A DNA stretch of 64,000 bases, taken from assembly GCF_964204645.1 (NCBI RefSeq), contig NC_134031.1, forward strand, positions 12,030,088-12,094,087. Direction: 5' to 3'. Each line of letters starts with the position of its first letter. Position 1 is the first letter of the stretch. This document shows positions 14,119-27,800 of the stretch, in pieces. Made by a program: the position numbers and the translations under genes. This DNA comes from Tubulanus polymorphus (Eukaryota > Animalia > Nemertea). The notes under the pieces were generated by a model that ran no database searches, was not told the DNA's origin, and saw only the letters and a list, made by a program, of their open reading frames with translations.

Positions 14119-15631
14119 AATACATGCACCTATACATGTAACATAACTGAAACTATGCCCTTCGTGTGGAATACCTGAGGCCAAACGCTTAGACATTACT
14201 AAACAGCGAATTATCTCACTGCCTATTCTATTGTAAGCGACCGGGCAACAGTCGGTTCTAACAGGTCTGGGTCGATTCATAACAATTGCGATAGGCTTTC
14301 CTACAGAGCTTCGTCCAAGTAAGGTATACAACTTCCATATTTCTCCTTGCTTTGTCGGAATATTCTCTACTCTTCACTTCTATTCACATTTTTGAAATAT
14401 GGCTCTAATTGAGGGAATGAAAGTCCTTTCAAAGCTTTCAATATCCAGATACATCTGACAACAGAAACAAAACAAAATTTTCAATGAAAATTGGAAATCT
14501 CTTTATTAGGAAAAAAGCATTAGCAAATTTACAAACTCTACAAGATAATTCTGATATATTTATCAACCCTAGAATTGTAAACCACGAGGAAGTTGGATAT
14601 TCTGCCAATGGAATATTTTAATATTATTCATGTCATACATTCAAAATACAGTCGATACCTTCTGACTCAAATCATTTAGGACCAGTGATTTTCGTTATTT
14701 CAGTTAGGCGATAATTCAAGTTCCAATATGGAAATTCATGCTATGTTTCATAAGAATTGTGTAAAGATTAGCTGACCTGGAACTCGATGCGTTTACTATC
14801 CCAAATCAAATATGTTATACCGGTAGTCATTGGATTGTATGATATTTTGTCAACTGCAGATAAAACAGAAACTAATCACATTTTTTAATCATTATGTTCT
14901 CAACCTGAAATCAATGGCCTACAACAAATATACCTGATAGGAATGAGATTAGTCTACAAAAATACACCATTTACTTATGTTCACATCATTAAAAAAAAAA
15001 CCTTCTCCACATTTTCTCCTGTAATCTAGTTCATTACATTTCTATAACAGGTGTAAGACTGGCATGAGGGAAATTCTAACATTTATTCAGATCGGTCATT
15101 TTTCATTTACTGCTTTAACAATTTATATACCGGTAATATATTTGATTTTGTTTAAACATTTTCTTCTAAACAGTAATCATTGCGCTTTAATAAAAGGAGA
15201 AATCGATCAGAACAAAAACAAGCAATCATTGAAAGAAAACTCCACATACGGAATATCAATATATAGATATTATTTACATTGGGCACAGTGCTTAGTGGCA
15301 AAAACAAAGTTTCACATATCTTTAATTAGGACCATGGGTCCAGTACGACCAAATGAGTAAATTTTAGTTTTGAGCGAAAAAATGTATTTTTCTCGGATTT
15401 ACGATCGCTATCTTGGTGCATTATATATGCATGTCCAACTTTCTCCAAAACTCACTCGCATGGCAAAACAATCAATACTATGTTCTATATGTACGTTCTT
15501 GCTACAGCTAAACAATAACGTAATTATTACAAAACATAAATAAAGTGAATTTGACGCATCGATTGACGCGTCAAAAATGCTATTTTAATTTTGACAGTAT
15601 ATTTACGCCATACATTTAGAGGTTCCCTATA

Positions 15632-15840
15632 TTATTTCGTTTTCTGCTTCTTCGAGATAATATTATGTAGCCTCGTTCGAACCTGAGGCAAAGTTCGGCT
15701 ACCACCAAGTTCTTCAACTACTTTTCTCAAGTCTACTGCTGGTGCCATTCGCTTATTATTCAAATAGTTATGCAATATCTTAAAAAAAATATCTGTTTCT
15801 CCCTTTGTCCAGGGTGCCCTCTTAATACGTGACTTCTCAT
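15632..15840 (-). CDS. Terminal exon, Myb/SANT-like helical domain
   Basis: KRAPWTKGETDIF ... SRTLPQVRTRLHN resembles the Myb/SANT pattern (PWTxxE ... RTxxQVRxR); acceptor tttgtttcag at 15841; TAA stop. Confidence 0.7.
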
Positions 15841-18800
15841 CTGAAACAAAATCATATAAAAATGCTACACAAACCATTGCATCAAGACTACTGATAGGTT
15901 CTCACAATAGGCCCCATTTCCCCTAGGATTGTTATACCGTCCATAAGGTGGTTTAATCACTATGGACCCTATCCATGAACTTACTTTGCGCTTCAGATTG
16001 GTTAGTTTCCATCTTTGGCGGAACTTCTGCATCGACCATGTCATTGTCATCACTGTCATCACTGTTTTCACTGTCTTCACACTCAGTCCACTTATCGGCA
16101 TAATCCAAGGATAATGGGAGTGCTAAAACGTTATCAATGAATAAATGCACATGTACACATACACACACACGGGTGACTGCTGTCATAGCAGAGAATACTA
16201 AAATATTTAATCTATCAGTAAAGTCAGACTTACCATCGGGATCAATATCCTCCAATGACTTTCCTTTGAATCTTGCCATAATGCCATTTTCGGCAGCCAA
16301 TAGCACCTTCGCTACCTTCGCTTTTTCAACGAGTGAAGATTGGAGGCAATATACATCTGCGTGAATTTTCACATCGTGCCCCATATGATCAGCCACCATC
16401 TTCAACTCGTTGGGCTTCATAGACAAAATCTGAAGTTATAAACCCAAATACTGGCTTTAGGGCTTTCATCCATTTCAAATCACTTCACAATATAATTTCC
16501 ATTCACAAGTATCATTATAGCCGATCATTGATTTATTATAATCATTGCTTGTTATGTCTTTCGAAGACCAGAGCTTTACCTTCTTTATAGATATTCTTGA
16601 TGAATGAAGGTTCTATTTTATATTCTTAAAAATTTCATTCACTAATACATACAGGGCTGGAAATTAGGCTTGTATGATAGTACATGTAAAAGCACTTCAT
16701 GATAAGGTATGTCCTGATACGGATGTTTTAGGCCTATACAGGATCCGATATCAGCACTTGTCTATTATCACTTGTCATCCTTTTATGATAGGTTTTATAT
16801 ACTGGTTAACTGAATGTAGAATTGTGGGACATACATAAATAGGAAAAATCACTTCATGGTCAGGTAGTGTCTTGATATGATGGGTTTTATATGTCACTTA
16901 ACTGGATGTAGAATTGTGGGACATACATAAATAGACACTTCATAAATAGGTAGTGTTCTGATATGATGGGTTTAATATGCTATTTTACTGCATGTAGAAT
17001 TGTAGGATATATATATAATGGGAAAATCCTTTCATGATCAAGTACTGTCTAGATGATTACATGACCTTAACGGTCACATGCCCTCTAAATTTCAGTAAGT
17101 AATTAACCTAATGATTCTTTTGAATATAGATAACACCTGATATCAGGAAGACAGAAAAAAATCCCCCATATACATGTAGTCTTAAATTGTCAGGTTATTA
17201 ATCAGGTAATATAAATATACAACATTTATAATTGTAATACTGTGGTTTGTATTTTAAAGAGGTTTGTAATGCTTGCAATAAGACTAATCCTAGTTCATTG
17301 GTAAATGATAAACCTACTTGTAGTGTAGTTGCAAAGAAAGATCGGAGCTTCGTCGATCTAATTCGTTCAGGTGCATTCAGTCCGGGACACAATTTTGTCA
17401 TTTCACGCATTGCAGTACAACCGTCAAGTGGTGTGTCAGCACGTTTCCTAAAATGAATGATGGATTTGCAATGCTTGCACAAAACCTGTCACGATATGAA
17501 CTAAAAAAGGTTCAGATTGTATTGCTTTGTAAAGTATATACTGTATACAAAGACATTTTTCTAAAAAATGGCTGCATGGCCTGGTAAGCACTAACTTATT
17601 TGATTATTCAGCATGTAGATGCCCACGAACAAAACTATATCAGTTGTGATGAGAGATTAAGATTTTTATCAGGACTATTAATCAATTGACATTCAAAAAG
17701 GGAATGATTGTACCTTAATAATAATAAAATAAACCTTGCAATAATCGAATCCATTCAAGAAACATTCAAAATCCGTATTGCAATTGTTAATGGGTTAATG
17801 TTATTTGAATAGGAAAGTGCAAACACTGTATAAATCAGAAAATAGCATTCTTCCTAGAAAGACCCACATAGCTTTATCTGTGAAACTTTACACTGACATT
17901 TCAGATAGACTTCTATCCATCTTCAGAGTTATATAAAAACTCTTCTAAATCGCTGAAGATGGATAGAAGTAAAATCTATCCAAATTGTCAATGTCAACAG
18001 ATATACGTTGTTGAATGTTCTTATTATACACGCTATATACACGTCTTTTATACACGTCTTTTATACATGCTAAATAGAATGCCACAAGTCTAATTGATTT
18101 CAGAATTGATGTTACCTAGCAAAAATGAAGTCACTTGTACTTTGTCTGGTATCGAGGATATGTTCGATAGCTTTAACCATCTTCTCAGTAAGCAGAATGT
18201 ATACACCTCGAATACTGCGAGTGCTCTTCCCTCGGATTTCTATTACACGCATTCTACAAAAAACTCTCCAAAATCAACCCAACATATCTTGTAAATTAGA
18301 TAAGAGCATATGACTAAGACAATTTTAAAACAACAATTACCGTTTGACCAAAAGCTGCTCAGCTAGAGACAGTGATTGCAGGATCTCTTGATTCTGATCG
18401 GCATCCGGCACAATATTTTCGAAATCGCTCATGATCATTTCTTCCACTTCTGATATCCGCCTTTGGTTGAAAAGGACTATACGGACAAGAACAGCATAAG
18501 CAAGATGTTTCCACTGTTTTGAAGTAGGCTCATGTATCATCAACGCTTTATCAATTTCAGAGTCGAGCCAATCTTTAAAGACTACTAAGTCATCTGCCAC
18601 TGGATGTGTATTGCCTTGATTGAGTTTCCTAAGTTTAATCCTTCGATTAGCAACACACGAAACAGTATTGTTCCAATGGGCCCGATAAACTACTTCGAAA
18701 TCTCTTCCCTCTTCTTGCATAATTTTGTCTCCTTCAAAAATCCCCATGCTCATTTTGAGGACAATGCAATGTTTGATGTAAATCCCCAAATTTATTGCCA

Positions 18801-21800
18801 CACTCGGGGAATCTTTTTCCAAAGCTAACTTCTTAACACATTTGACTATCTGATGGAAATGTGGCCCTCTCAGGTACGAGGAAAGCGATATCCAGTTTTC
18901 TTCGCCATTGTTCTCGTTCAGGGCTTTCAGTAGCATACCGAGTAAACGGACCTTTGTTCTCAAGTTTGCTAGGTCTTTTCGGCGCTGCTCCTTTGCAGTG
19001 CCTAAACGCGAGTACAATGACAAAGCAAATTCACCAATTAATTCGTCTTTTTCGCAAATGCCAGGAATGCCAGGGTTTGCAACTGTTTCTCGCATTCTGC
19101 TGAATATCAAGTTTAATGCAACCATATCCTCATCGATTCTTGGTACAAATGGTGATAGCATGTTTCGAGAGGTTCTTATGTAATTGATGTCTGGTTGTTT
19201 TGCCATTGGTTTGAAGTGGCAACGTGTCGCATGCTCGGAAAGGCATCCCTTGTAGAAAAAACCCTTACAAAATTCGCATGGTACGTAGTCCACTGCATTT
19301 GGTGGTTTATCCGTTTTATTGGGTCTACGGACAACGACCAACGTACCATGTCCTTCTTTTATCACTTTACAATTGTGCCGAAAGTTTCCTTCATTCTGAA
19401 GTAAGCGCATATGTTTTTTTTTTTCATTTGGATCGCGTATCAGATGGTACTTTATAATTTCTGGTTCAGACGCGTGAATACTGCACAAATGCGAGGATAT
19501 TTTCGAAGTAAACACACGCTTACAATACAAACAATAATCTGCCTTTCGGTAGTCCCGCTTGCCATCTACTGACTGGTATGTCGGAACAGTAACATGTTTC
19601 AAATGAGCCGACAGTCTTGACAGATAATCTCCAAAGTCTTCTTCCTCAATATCGTTATCATTTGGATCAATTTCATGGAGATTATCATCATCACTATCAC
19701 ATAGATCGTCATCAGGAATGTAATCATCTTCAGAATCTGATATACATTTTCTTTTTTTCCGCTTTTTTGGAATGTCAACATCAATTGACTGATCTTCAGA
19801 GTCAGATGAGTCAATTTGCCTTTTTTTCTTTATAATTGCATCCTGTTGTGAAGAGGTTCCAGCTTTCGGTTCAAATACATCTTTTGGCAGTAAAGGGGCA
19901 AAATGATCCGGATTCCAGTGTCCAGGTTTAAGTTCTGAATGTGTAGTCCACATTACGAGTAAAGGTGCTTGCCTCAATGTGCCAGTCAAATTTTTTCTTG
20001 GATTTAATATATGGTTCATTATAGGCACACGATTATCCAATAACCCATTAACCGAGGGGTATACTGATCTTATCCTCCTATCAATAACTGTTGCGAGTGC
20101 CTGTATTGTCAGCATCGAAGAATAACTGTTGTGTATTGCACAAGCAATACATGCATCTGCGAAGGATGGTGAAATCAAATCGAATCCAAATTCGATACTT
20201 CGAGTTTGATAGAAGTCAGAATTCTCAACCATTTCGATACAAGTGCGAACACGAAGTTCAGTTGCTAGATCTTCACACCCACAAAGACCGACTGATACTG
20301 CATTGAACAAACAGTTACCATCACCAGATACATCTGCAGGCATGAGCACCCCATTTACCATATCACCACATTTCTGCATAATTTCTAATGACCTGCCATG
20401 TACCATCAGTTTTCTGTCCAAACACTTATACTCAAGTTCCCGTATCCTACTTGCAAAATAGCCAACAGTAGTTTTCAGATTCTCATAGCTTTTCTGTGCA
20501 CTCAGAGTGAGCATCTTCAGAATGTTTGAGTAATCAATAGTGGTAGTAGCTGAAGATAAAATAAAAGACATCTATCAAGTGTTAATGAATACCTAGGAAA
20601 CTACCACCAAAATTTAACATGTTTGGTGTTGCAGATCTATTCTTATGAATTTAAATCAAATCTGGTAGACCTAGCCATTTTACATGTACCCAATTCAATA
20701 CAATCAAAAGTCAATTTTCCGGCTTCTCAATAAAAATCTTGTCAAAGTTGTATCTAAATCCAATATCTAAAAAACAAATATCCTACTGAACTGAATTTTT
20801 GACTTTTTGACCTCGTAGAAACTGTTGAATTAATATTCACATACATTGATAACATCTTTGCGTTATTTCATGTTATTTTTGAAGGCATCATTGGACTACA
20901 AGTTTTTATCACTCTAACCTCTGTCTAACAATACTTCAATGTTCAATTCCTGCTGGTGCGAATACACAAACTATTTTCCATGAAAATCAATGAAATGACA
21001 GAAAATTTCATGTGCTTTTTCACTTTGCAATAGATAATAGGTACAAAACTGAATGGTTCCAAAGTAAATTTCAAATTTCCAAAGTAAATTTCAATGTTCA
21101 AATTAATCCTAGTGGGGAGAACAATATCGGATAATTTCTATTCAACAAAACAAATTCAACATAAATAACAACAACATAAATAACAAGTTAAAATTGTTGG
21201 TACCCTCCTTAAAAAAAAAACCATTCCAACCATGAGCGAGGACTGGTGAGACTAAGATGACTCAAAATTTGCCTGATCCAAACATATCTAAAGATCTAGA
21301 AATTGAGACTACAGATTACAGAGACTACTACAGAGACTACGCCATTTTCCTCTGATTGATCCAATTTTTCCAGTAGTAATAGGCTCTGGGCAGAGATACA
21401 TATATTATATATACCAAACATCAAACAAGTTCTCCATGAAAACTTTTGTTGAACAAATGCTGTTGGTCACATATCTTGAATCTGATAAGACCAGTTTTTG
21501 AGCTGCAGTTGTCTCAAAAGTACTAGATACATGTATTAAGACAATCCTTTAAAATATCTCCAAAGCTTCCTAAAATGCTTTGATTCTACCTATGGATGGA
21601 CAATTGACACTAGAACGCAATATGCCTAATACAACTTTAGAACAAGATTTTTCAGTTAATGTGTAAGATTTTTCAGTTAATATGCACCTTTTTAAGGTAG
21701 ATAAGATCATAACGTTCACTTACCGCAGGTTCCCTCCTTGTTTTCATAAAAAAATGGTAATTCTTCATCGCTATCATAGTCATGTGGCAGAAAACCTAAA

Positions 21801-24800
21801 TAGATTAGTTTCAATTATTTCAATTATCCATACTGGCATAATTTTTCGGCATTGACCCTCCCCCTTAGTATCTACGTGTTAATGACACAAGCTATGCTCA
21901 ACACTTTCAACGACCGAAGGATATTTTTTATGAAATAGGGAGTGTAAAGTAATATGGATTGCAATTTATTTTTATATCACAGTTTTTGATGCATTTTAGG
22001 ACATGTCTTGTCCACAAAGTATGTGCTCCTTGAAAGACAAAAGTTCGTACAATGTGCTCTAATCCCCACCCACAAAAGAAGGGAAACCACTTTTACATGA
22101 TTTCACTCTCTGAAGACCGATTGCATTTTGACTTTCTTCTCGCAAGGCATTATCTTGCAAGTCGATCGTTTTCCTTACACTCACAAAATATGAATGTTTA
22201 GGATGAACAAAAACCAGGTTTAAAGGTATAGTACACTTCAAATGTAACGTACTTATTATAGCTTGAGATATCGAAGATTCAAGTAATTCCTCGCCATCTG
22301 AAAATTCTAAAAGTAGAGAAAAGCCAAAACATCTCAAAAACTATTTGAAGAAAATATATATTTCAATTATCAGTGGGTAAGTAGTGTTAGCTAGTCCAAT
22401 TTTGGGAATAAAACAAATTCCAAAGATAACTATATTGGCAGCTCATTGATGTTCAATCATTCAAATAGCTGATTATTGGAAATGTGCATCTTGTGAATAA
22501 TAAAGCTATGTAACTATCAGTAACTGCATAAATACGGTAGATATCATCGATACAGCTATTAAATTGTGAACAACTATAACTGCTTATGCAAACAAGTGTT
22601 ATCTTACCAGAACAGGTGGATTCAGAATCATTGTCAACATCACCAGAAGGGCCACATGTCAATGCATCATCTTGAAAAATAAATGATATGGTGACAATTA
22701 TTGCTGCATGTTACAAGTTAAAGAATTATGCAATACGTTAATTTACCAGAGCAGGTAAATTCAGAAACTTTCTTTATATCATCACATCAATACATTATCT
22801 TGAAAATCAAATGACAGATATAATGATACAGCAACCTGACAATTATTGCAACATAACATAAGTAAAGCATGCAATGGTGATATAATGTATTAGATTATAA
22901 TGTAACATAGAATTGTGATGCATAAAATTGTTCAAATTCTTCATGAACAGGAAAGGTCTATTTCAACTTGTTTGAAAAGGATATTGGGTTTGGGATAGTG
23001 TCCTGATATGGGATTTATATGCTGAATGTAGAATTGTAAGATATGCATAGGTAGTAAAATCACTTCATCATTAGGCAGTATCCAGATATTGTGGGTTTTA
23101 TATGCCACCTAACTGAATGTAGAATTGTAGGACATATATGAATAGTAAAATCACTTCATCATTAGAGAGTGTCCCAATATGAAGGGTTTTATATGCCACC
23201 TAACTGAATGTAGAATTGTAGGACATATATAGACAGTAAAATCACTTCACAATTAGGTAGTGACCAGATATGATGGGTTATATATACTACTTAACCAAGT
23301 ACAGAATTGTAGGACATACATAAATAGTAAAATTATTTAATGATTAGATAGTGTCCTGATGTGAATGGTTTTATATGCCACTTAAGTAAATGGAGAATTG
23401 TAGGACATATGGTGAATCTTTTCTCATTAAGGTAGGATAGGTTTTATATGCCCCTTTACTAAATATAGAACTTTTAACACATATGAATAGAGAAATAGAG
23501 TTTATTTACCAGAAACTGTGAATTCAGAAATTTTCTTTTCACCAGAACACTCACGAATCAATGAAATATCTGTAAAATAAAATGACAGATACAATGATAC
23601 AGCAACCTGTTGACCACTATTACTGCATTATACAAGCTAAAAAGTTACATAATGAGTAAACTTACCAGAACACGTGAATTCAGAAACTTGTTTTGAATCA
23701 TCACTGGAACATTTACTCGTCAATACATTATCTAGAAAATCAAATGACGGATACAATGATACAGCAACCTGTTGACCACTATTACTGCATTATACAAGCT
23801 AAAAAGTTACATAATGAGTAAACTTACCAGAACACGTGAATTCAGAAACTTGTTTTGAATCATCACTGGAACATTTACTCGTCAATTCATTATCTAGAAA
23901 ATCTAATGACGGATACAATGATACAGCAACCTGATGACCACTTTTACTGCATTATTCAAGCTAAAACGTTACATAATGAGTAAACTTACCAGAACACGTG
24001 AATTCAGAAACTTGTTTTGAATCATCACTGGAACATTTACTCGTCAATACATTATCTAGAAAATCAAATGACGGATACAATGATACAGCAACCTGCTGAC
24101 CACTATTACTGCATTATACAAGCTAAAAAGTTACATAATGAGTAAACTTACCAGAACACGTGAATTCAGAAACTTGTTTTGAATCATCACTGGAACATTT
24201 ACTCGTCAATACATTATCTAGAAAATCAAATGACGGATACAATGATACAGCAACCTGTTGACCACTATTACTGCATTATACAAGCTAAAAAGTTACATAA
24301 TGAGTAAACTTACCAGAACACGTGAATTCAGAAACTTGTTTTGAATCATCACTGGAACATTTACTCGTCAATTCATTATCTAGAAAATCTAATGACGGAT
24401 ACAATGATACAGCAACCTGTTGACCACTTTTACTGCATTATTCAAGCTAAAACGTTACATAATGAGTAAACTTACCAGAACACGTGAATTCAGAAACTTG
24501 TTTTGAATCATCACTGGAACATTTACTCGTCAATACATTATCTAGAAAATCAAATGACGGATACAATGATACAGCAACCTGCTGACCACTATTACTGCAT
24601 TATACAAGCTAAAAAGTTACATAATGAGTAAACTTACCAGAACACGTGAATTCAGAAACTTGTTTTGAATCATCACTGGAACATTTACTCGTCAATACAT
24701 TATCTAGAAAATCAAATGACGGATACAATGATACAGCAACCTGCTGACCACTATTACTGCATTATACAAGCTAAAAAGTTACATAATGAGTAAACTTACC

Positions 24801-27800
24801 AGAACACGTGAATTCAGAAACTTGTTTTGAATCATCACTGGAACATTTACTCGTCAATACATTATCTAGAAAATCAAATGACGGATACAATGATACAGCA
24901 ACCTGTTGACCACTATTACTGCATTATACAAGCTAAAACGTTACATAATGAGTAAACTTACCAGAACACGTGAATTCAGAAACTTGTTTTGAATCATCAC
25001 TGGAACATTTACTCGTCAATACATTATCTAGAAAATCAAATGACGGATACAATGATACAGCAACCTGTTGACCACTATTACTGCATTATACAAGCTAAAA
25101 AGTTACATAATGAGTAAACTTACCAGAACACGTGAATTCAGAAACTTGTTTTGAATCATCACTGGAACATTTACTCGTCAATACATTATCTAGAAAATCA
25201 AATGACGGATACAATGATACAGCAACCTGTTGACCACTATTACTGCATTATACAAGCTAAAAAGTTACATAATGAGTAAACTTACCAGAACACGTGAATT
25301 CAGAAACTTGTTTTGAATCATCACTGGAACATTTACTCGTCAATACATTATCTAGAAAATCAAATGACGGATACAATGATACAGCAACCTGTTGACCACT
25401 ATTACTGCATTATACAAGCTAAAAATTTACATAATGAGTAAACTTACCAGAACACGTGAATTCAGAAACTTGTTTTGAATCATCACTGGAACATTTACTC
25501 GTCAATACATTATCTAGAAAATCAAATGACAGATACAATGATACAGCAATCTGCTGCCAATTATTACTGCATTATACAAGCTTAAGTTATTTCATGAGTT
25601 TACTTACCAGAACAAGAATCATGATTTTTTTTTTCACCAGATTTGTGTTGACGAAAAGACTTGGAAGTCAATACATTATCTTGAAAATGAAATTACAGGG
25701 TGTTAATACAATACCTAGAGTAGGTAATTTCCCAAAATATAGGCTTACATGTTGCCAGTAGACCATCTTGAATGTGATCCATGAAAATTACATGGTTTTA
25801 TATCAACCTCATTTTGAGTGTGTCAAGAGAAAGTAAAAAATCGACAAAACATGTATGCCTGGTTACTGTCTTTTTTCCAATCCTACCGTTCAATTTGTAG
25901 GGAAAGAAATCAAATTACCTGCCAAGGGTAGAAATAGGAAAATTGCAAGGCGGGTTCAAAAAGTAAATACGAGGCATTTTCGGTTAAAGCAGCCATATCA
26001 AATTCGTTAAGGGGGGTCCCTCCATCTAGGGTTAGATACACTTTTGAATAAATCAACCCTTAAAGATGAAATTTCTGAGATGTTAAATTTATAGGTTTAA
26101 GTTATCTCTGTACGAAGGGCAACTTCAAAGGGAAGGCACGAGTCTAGACCTTCGAGACCACCCGCTTGATACGCCCCTGCATGCATTTCAAAGATCATGT
26201 TTACTTCATGAGAATGGATTATTTCTAACATAAATAATAACCAATTTCATTGATGTTAAAAATATATTTTTATCAAACGATACATACTTAGACCATCAGG
26301 AAATTATAGCACTGTATAGTATTCACCTTAAAACAAAACATTTATCATGGTGGGTGGCCAATAGGACTGAACCTAAGTTTTTTTACACAAAGAATACATG
26401 CTTAACATTGCTCATTATCTAAAATATGCATTATGAGATAATTCAATGAAACAAAAGGGAACCATAAAAATTGAAAAGCATACAACAGATATATATATAT
26501 AGAATATATATAAGGTTAGAATATATATAAGGTTAGGCCTATCACATGCAAAATGATTCAAATTCGTCTATTTCTGCTGTTCTGGTGGACGGCTCAACAA
26601 AGTATACCGGTAAATGTATAAACTGAGTTTATGGACATACAAATCTTATAGAGAAAAAGAGCAACATTTCTGAGGGGTGGATGCAAGCTGGATTTATATG
26701 TGCATAATAAAAGGCATAATTCAACTACCCGCCCTTGGTTGTGTTCCAACCTAATGCTTCTAAGCCAATACTGTATCATTCACTTATACAAATTGGGTAA
26801 TGATAGTTTATGGTCGTTGGTGTATCAAAATGAATCATCTACCATCATAGGGCATACCTATAAGAAGCAAGTTGCATCTAACATAACCTATCTTATCTTC
26901 AAAGTCCAATGATATTTATTAACCGCAGAATTAACACATATTCCTGATAGACACCCTCAATTCAGATTCATGCACAGTTATCACACACAGTACATGAAGA
27001 AAATCTCATGGCGCAAATGTAGCCTGTATACAGCAAGTTTTTATGTAAGCCATGAAATGCAAGGCAAATCTGAAATTTACATTTGAATATGATAGACTCA
27101 TTTTGCTTTTATTCTCCATGCTTAAACCAAATTCCATCTACATAGGCCTAATGACAATCGCAAGCTTCAGCATGCTGGGTGTACTTTGCAAGTTTGACTC
27201 AATCTAGAAAATTTTAATCCCAACAGGTTAACAAGCTTACCTGAGGCATTAAGTTCTTTTTTGTTAGAAGCCTATTTATATGTTGAATACAAAAATAATT
27301 TTCCAGAATGGCATAATGGAAGCAGTGAAGAAATCAGCAAATAAGCAAATGTAGCTCATTCATGCAGCACAGAAATACAATATGGTACCCAAATGCATCA
27401 GTAGAAACAAAGATACTACACGGCGTATCTATAGTACAATGATTAGTTGTAGAGGAACTTTTATCGTGATTAAGAAATTGATCAGTCGATGTTCTTAGGA
27501 TCAGTACATACACACAGAGTAGGGTGAGGGGGTTTGAAAATTTGTATTAAAATGTCTATGGTTGTGTATGGGAGGGGGTTTGCATTTATAAACTGCTGTA
27601 TGCACCATACTCCATGTAGTATGATCATTGATGTTGGACCATCGTAACTCATAACCAAAGTTTAATTTTTTCAACACCAGCATAAATCATTTACTGATAA
27701 TTCATTAATAAAGACAAGCGTTACGAATCATAAACTGCTTTCTTCTCGGGACCCGCTGTCAAGGATAATTGGAGATATTGAGGTTATGTTCACGATACTT

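Noticed and set aside
14230-14455. Possible extra minus-strand exon near the left end (CIWILKALKGLSFPQLEPYF...)
   Set aside because: Good acceptor, but two in-frame TAG stops and no recognisable motif.
18337-20571. Calling the large ORF a host vertnin (VRTN) or KMT5A gene
   Set aside because: The OTU and SET domains are fused to a tyrosine recombinase inside an element with inverted ends, so no host gene symbol is justified.
23585-25610. CRISPR-like array
   Set aside because: Units are near-identical over their full length with no unique spacers; eukaryotic context; explained by exon-intron repeats.
25456-25761. Plus-strand ORF over the last repeat unit
   Set aside because: Antisense to the spliced exons; other units have stops in this frame.
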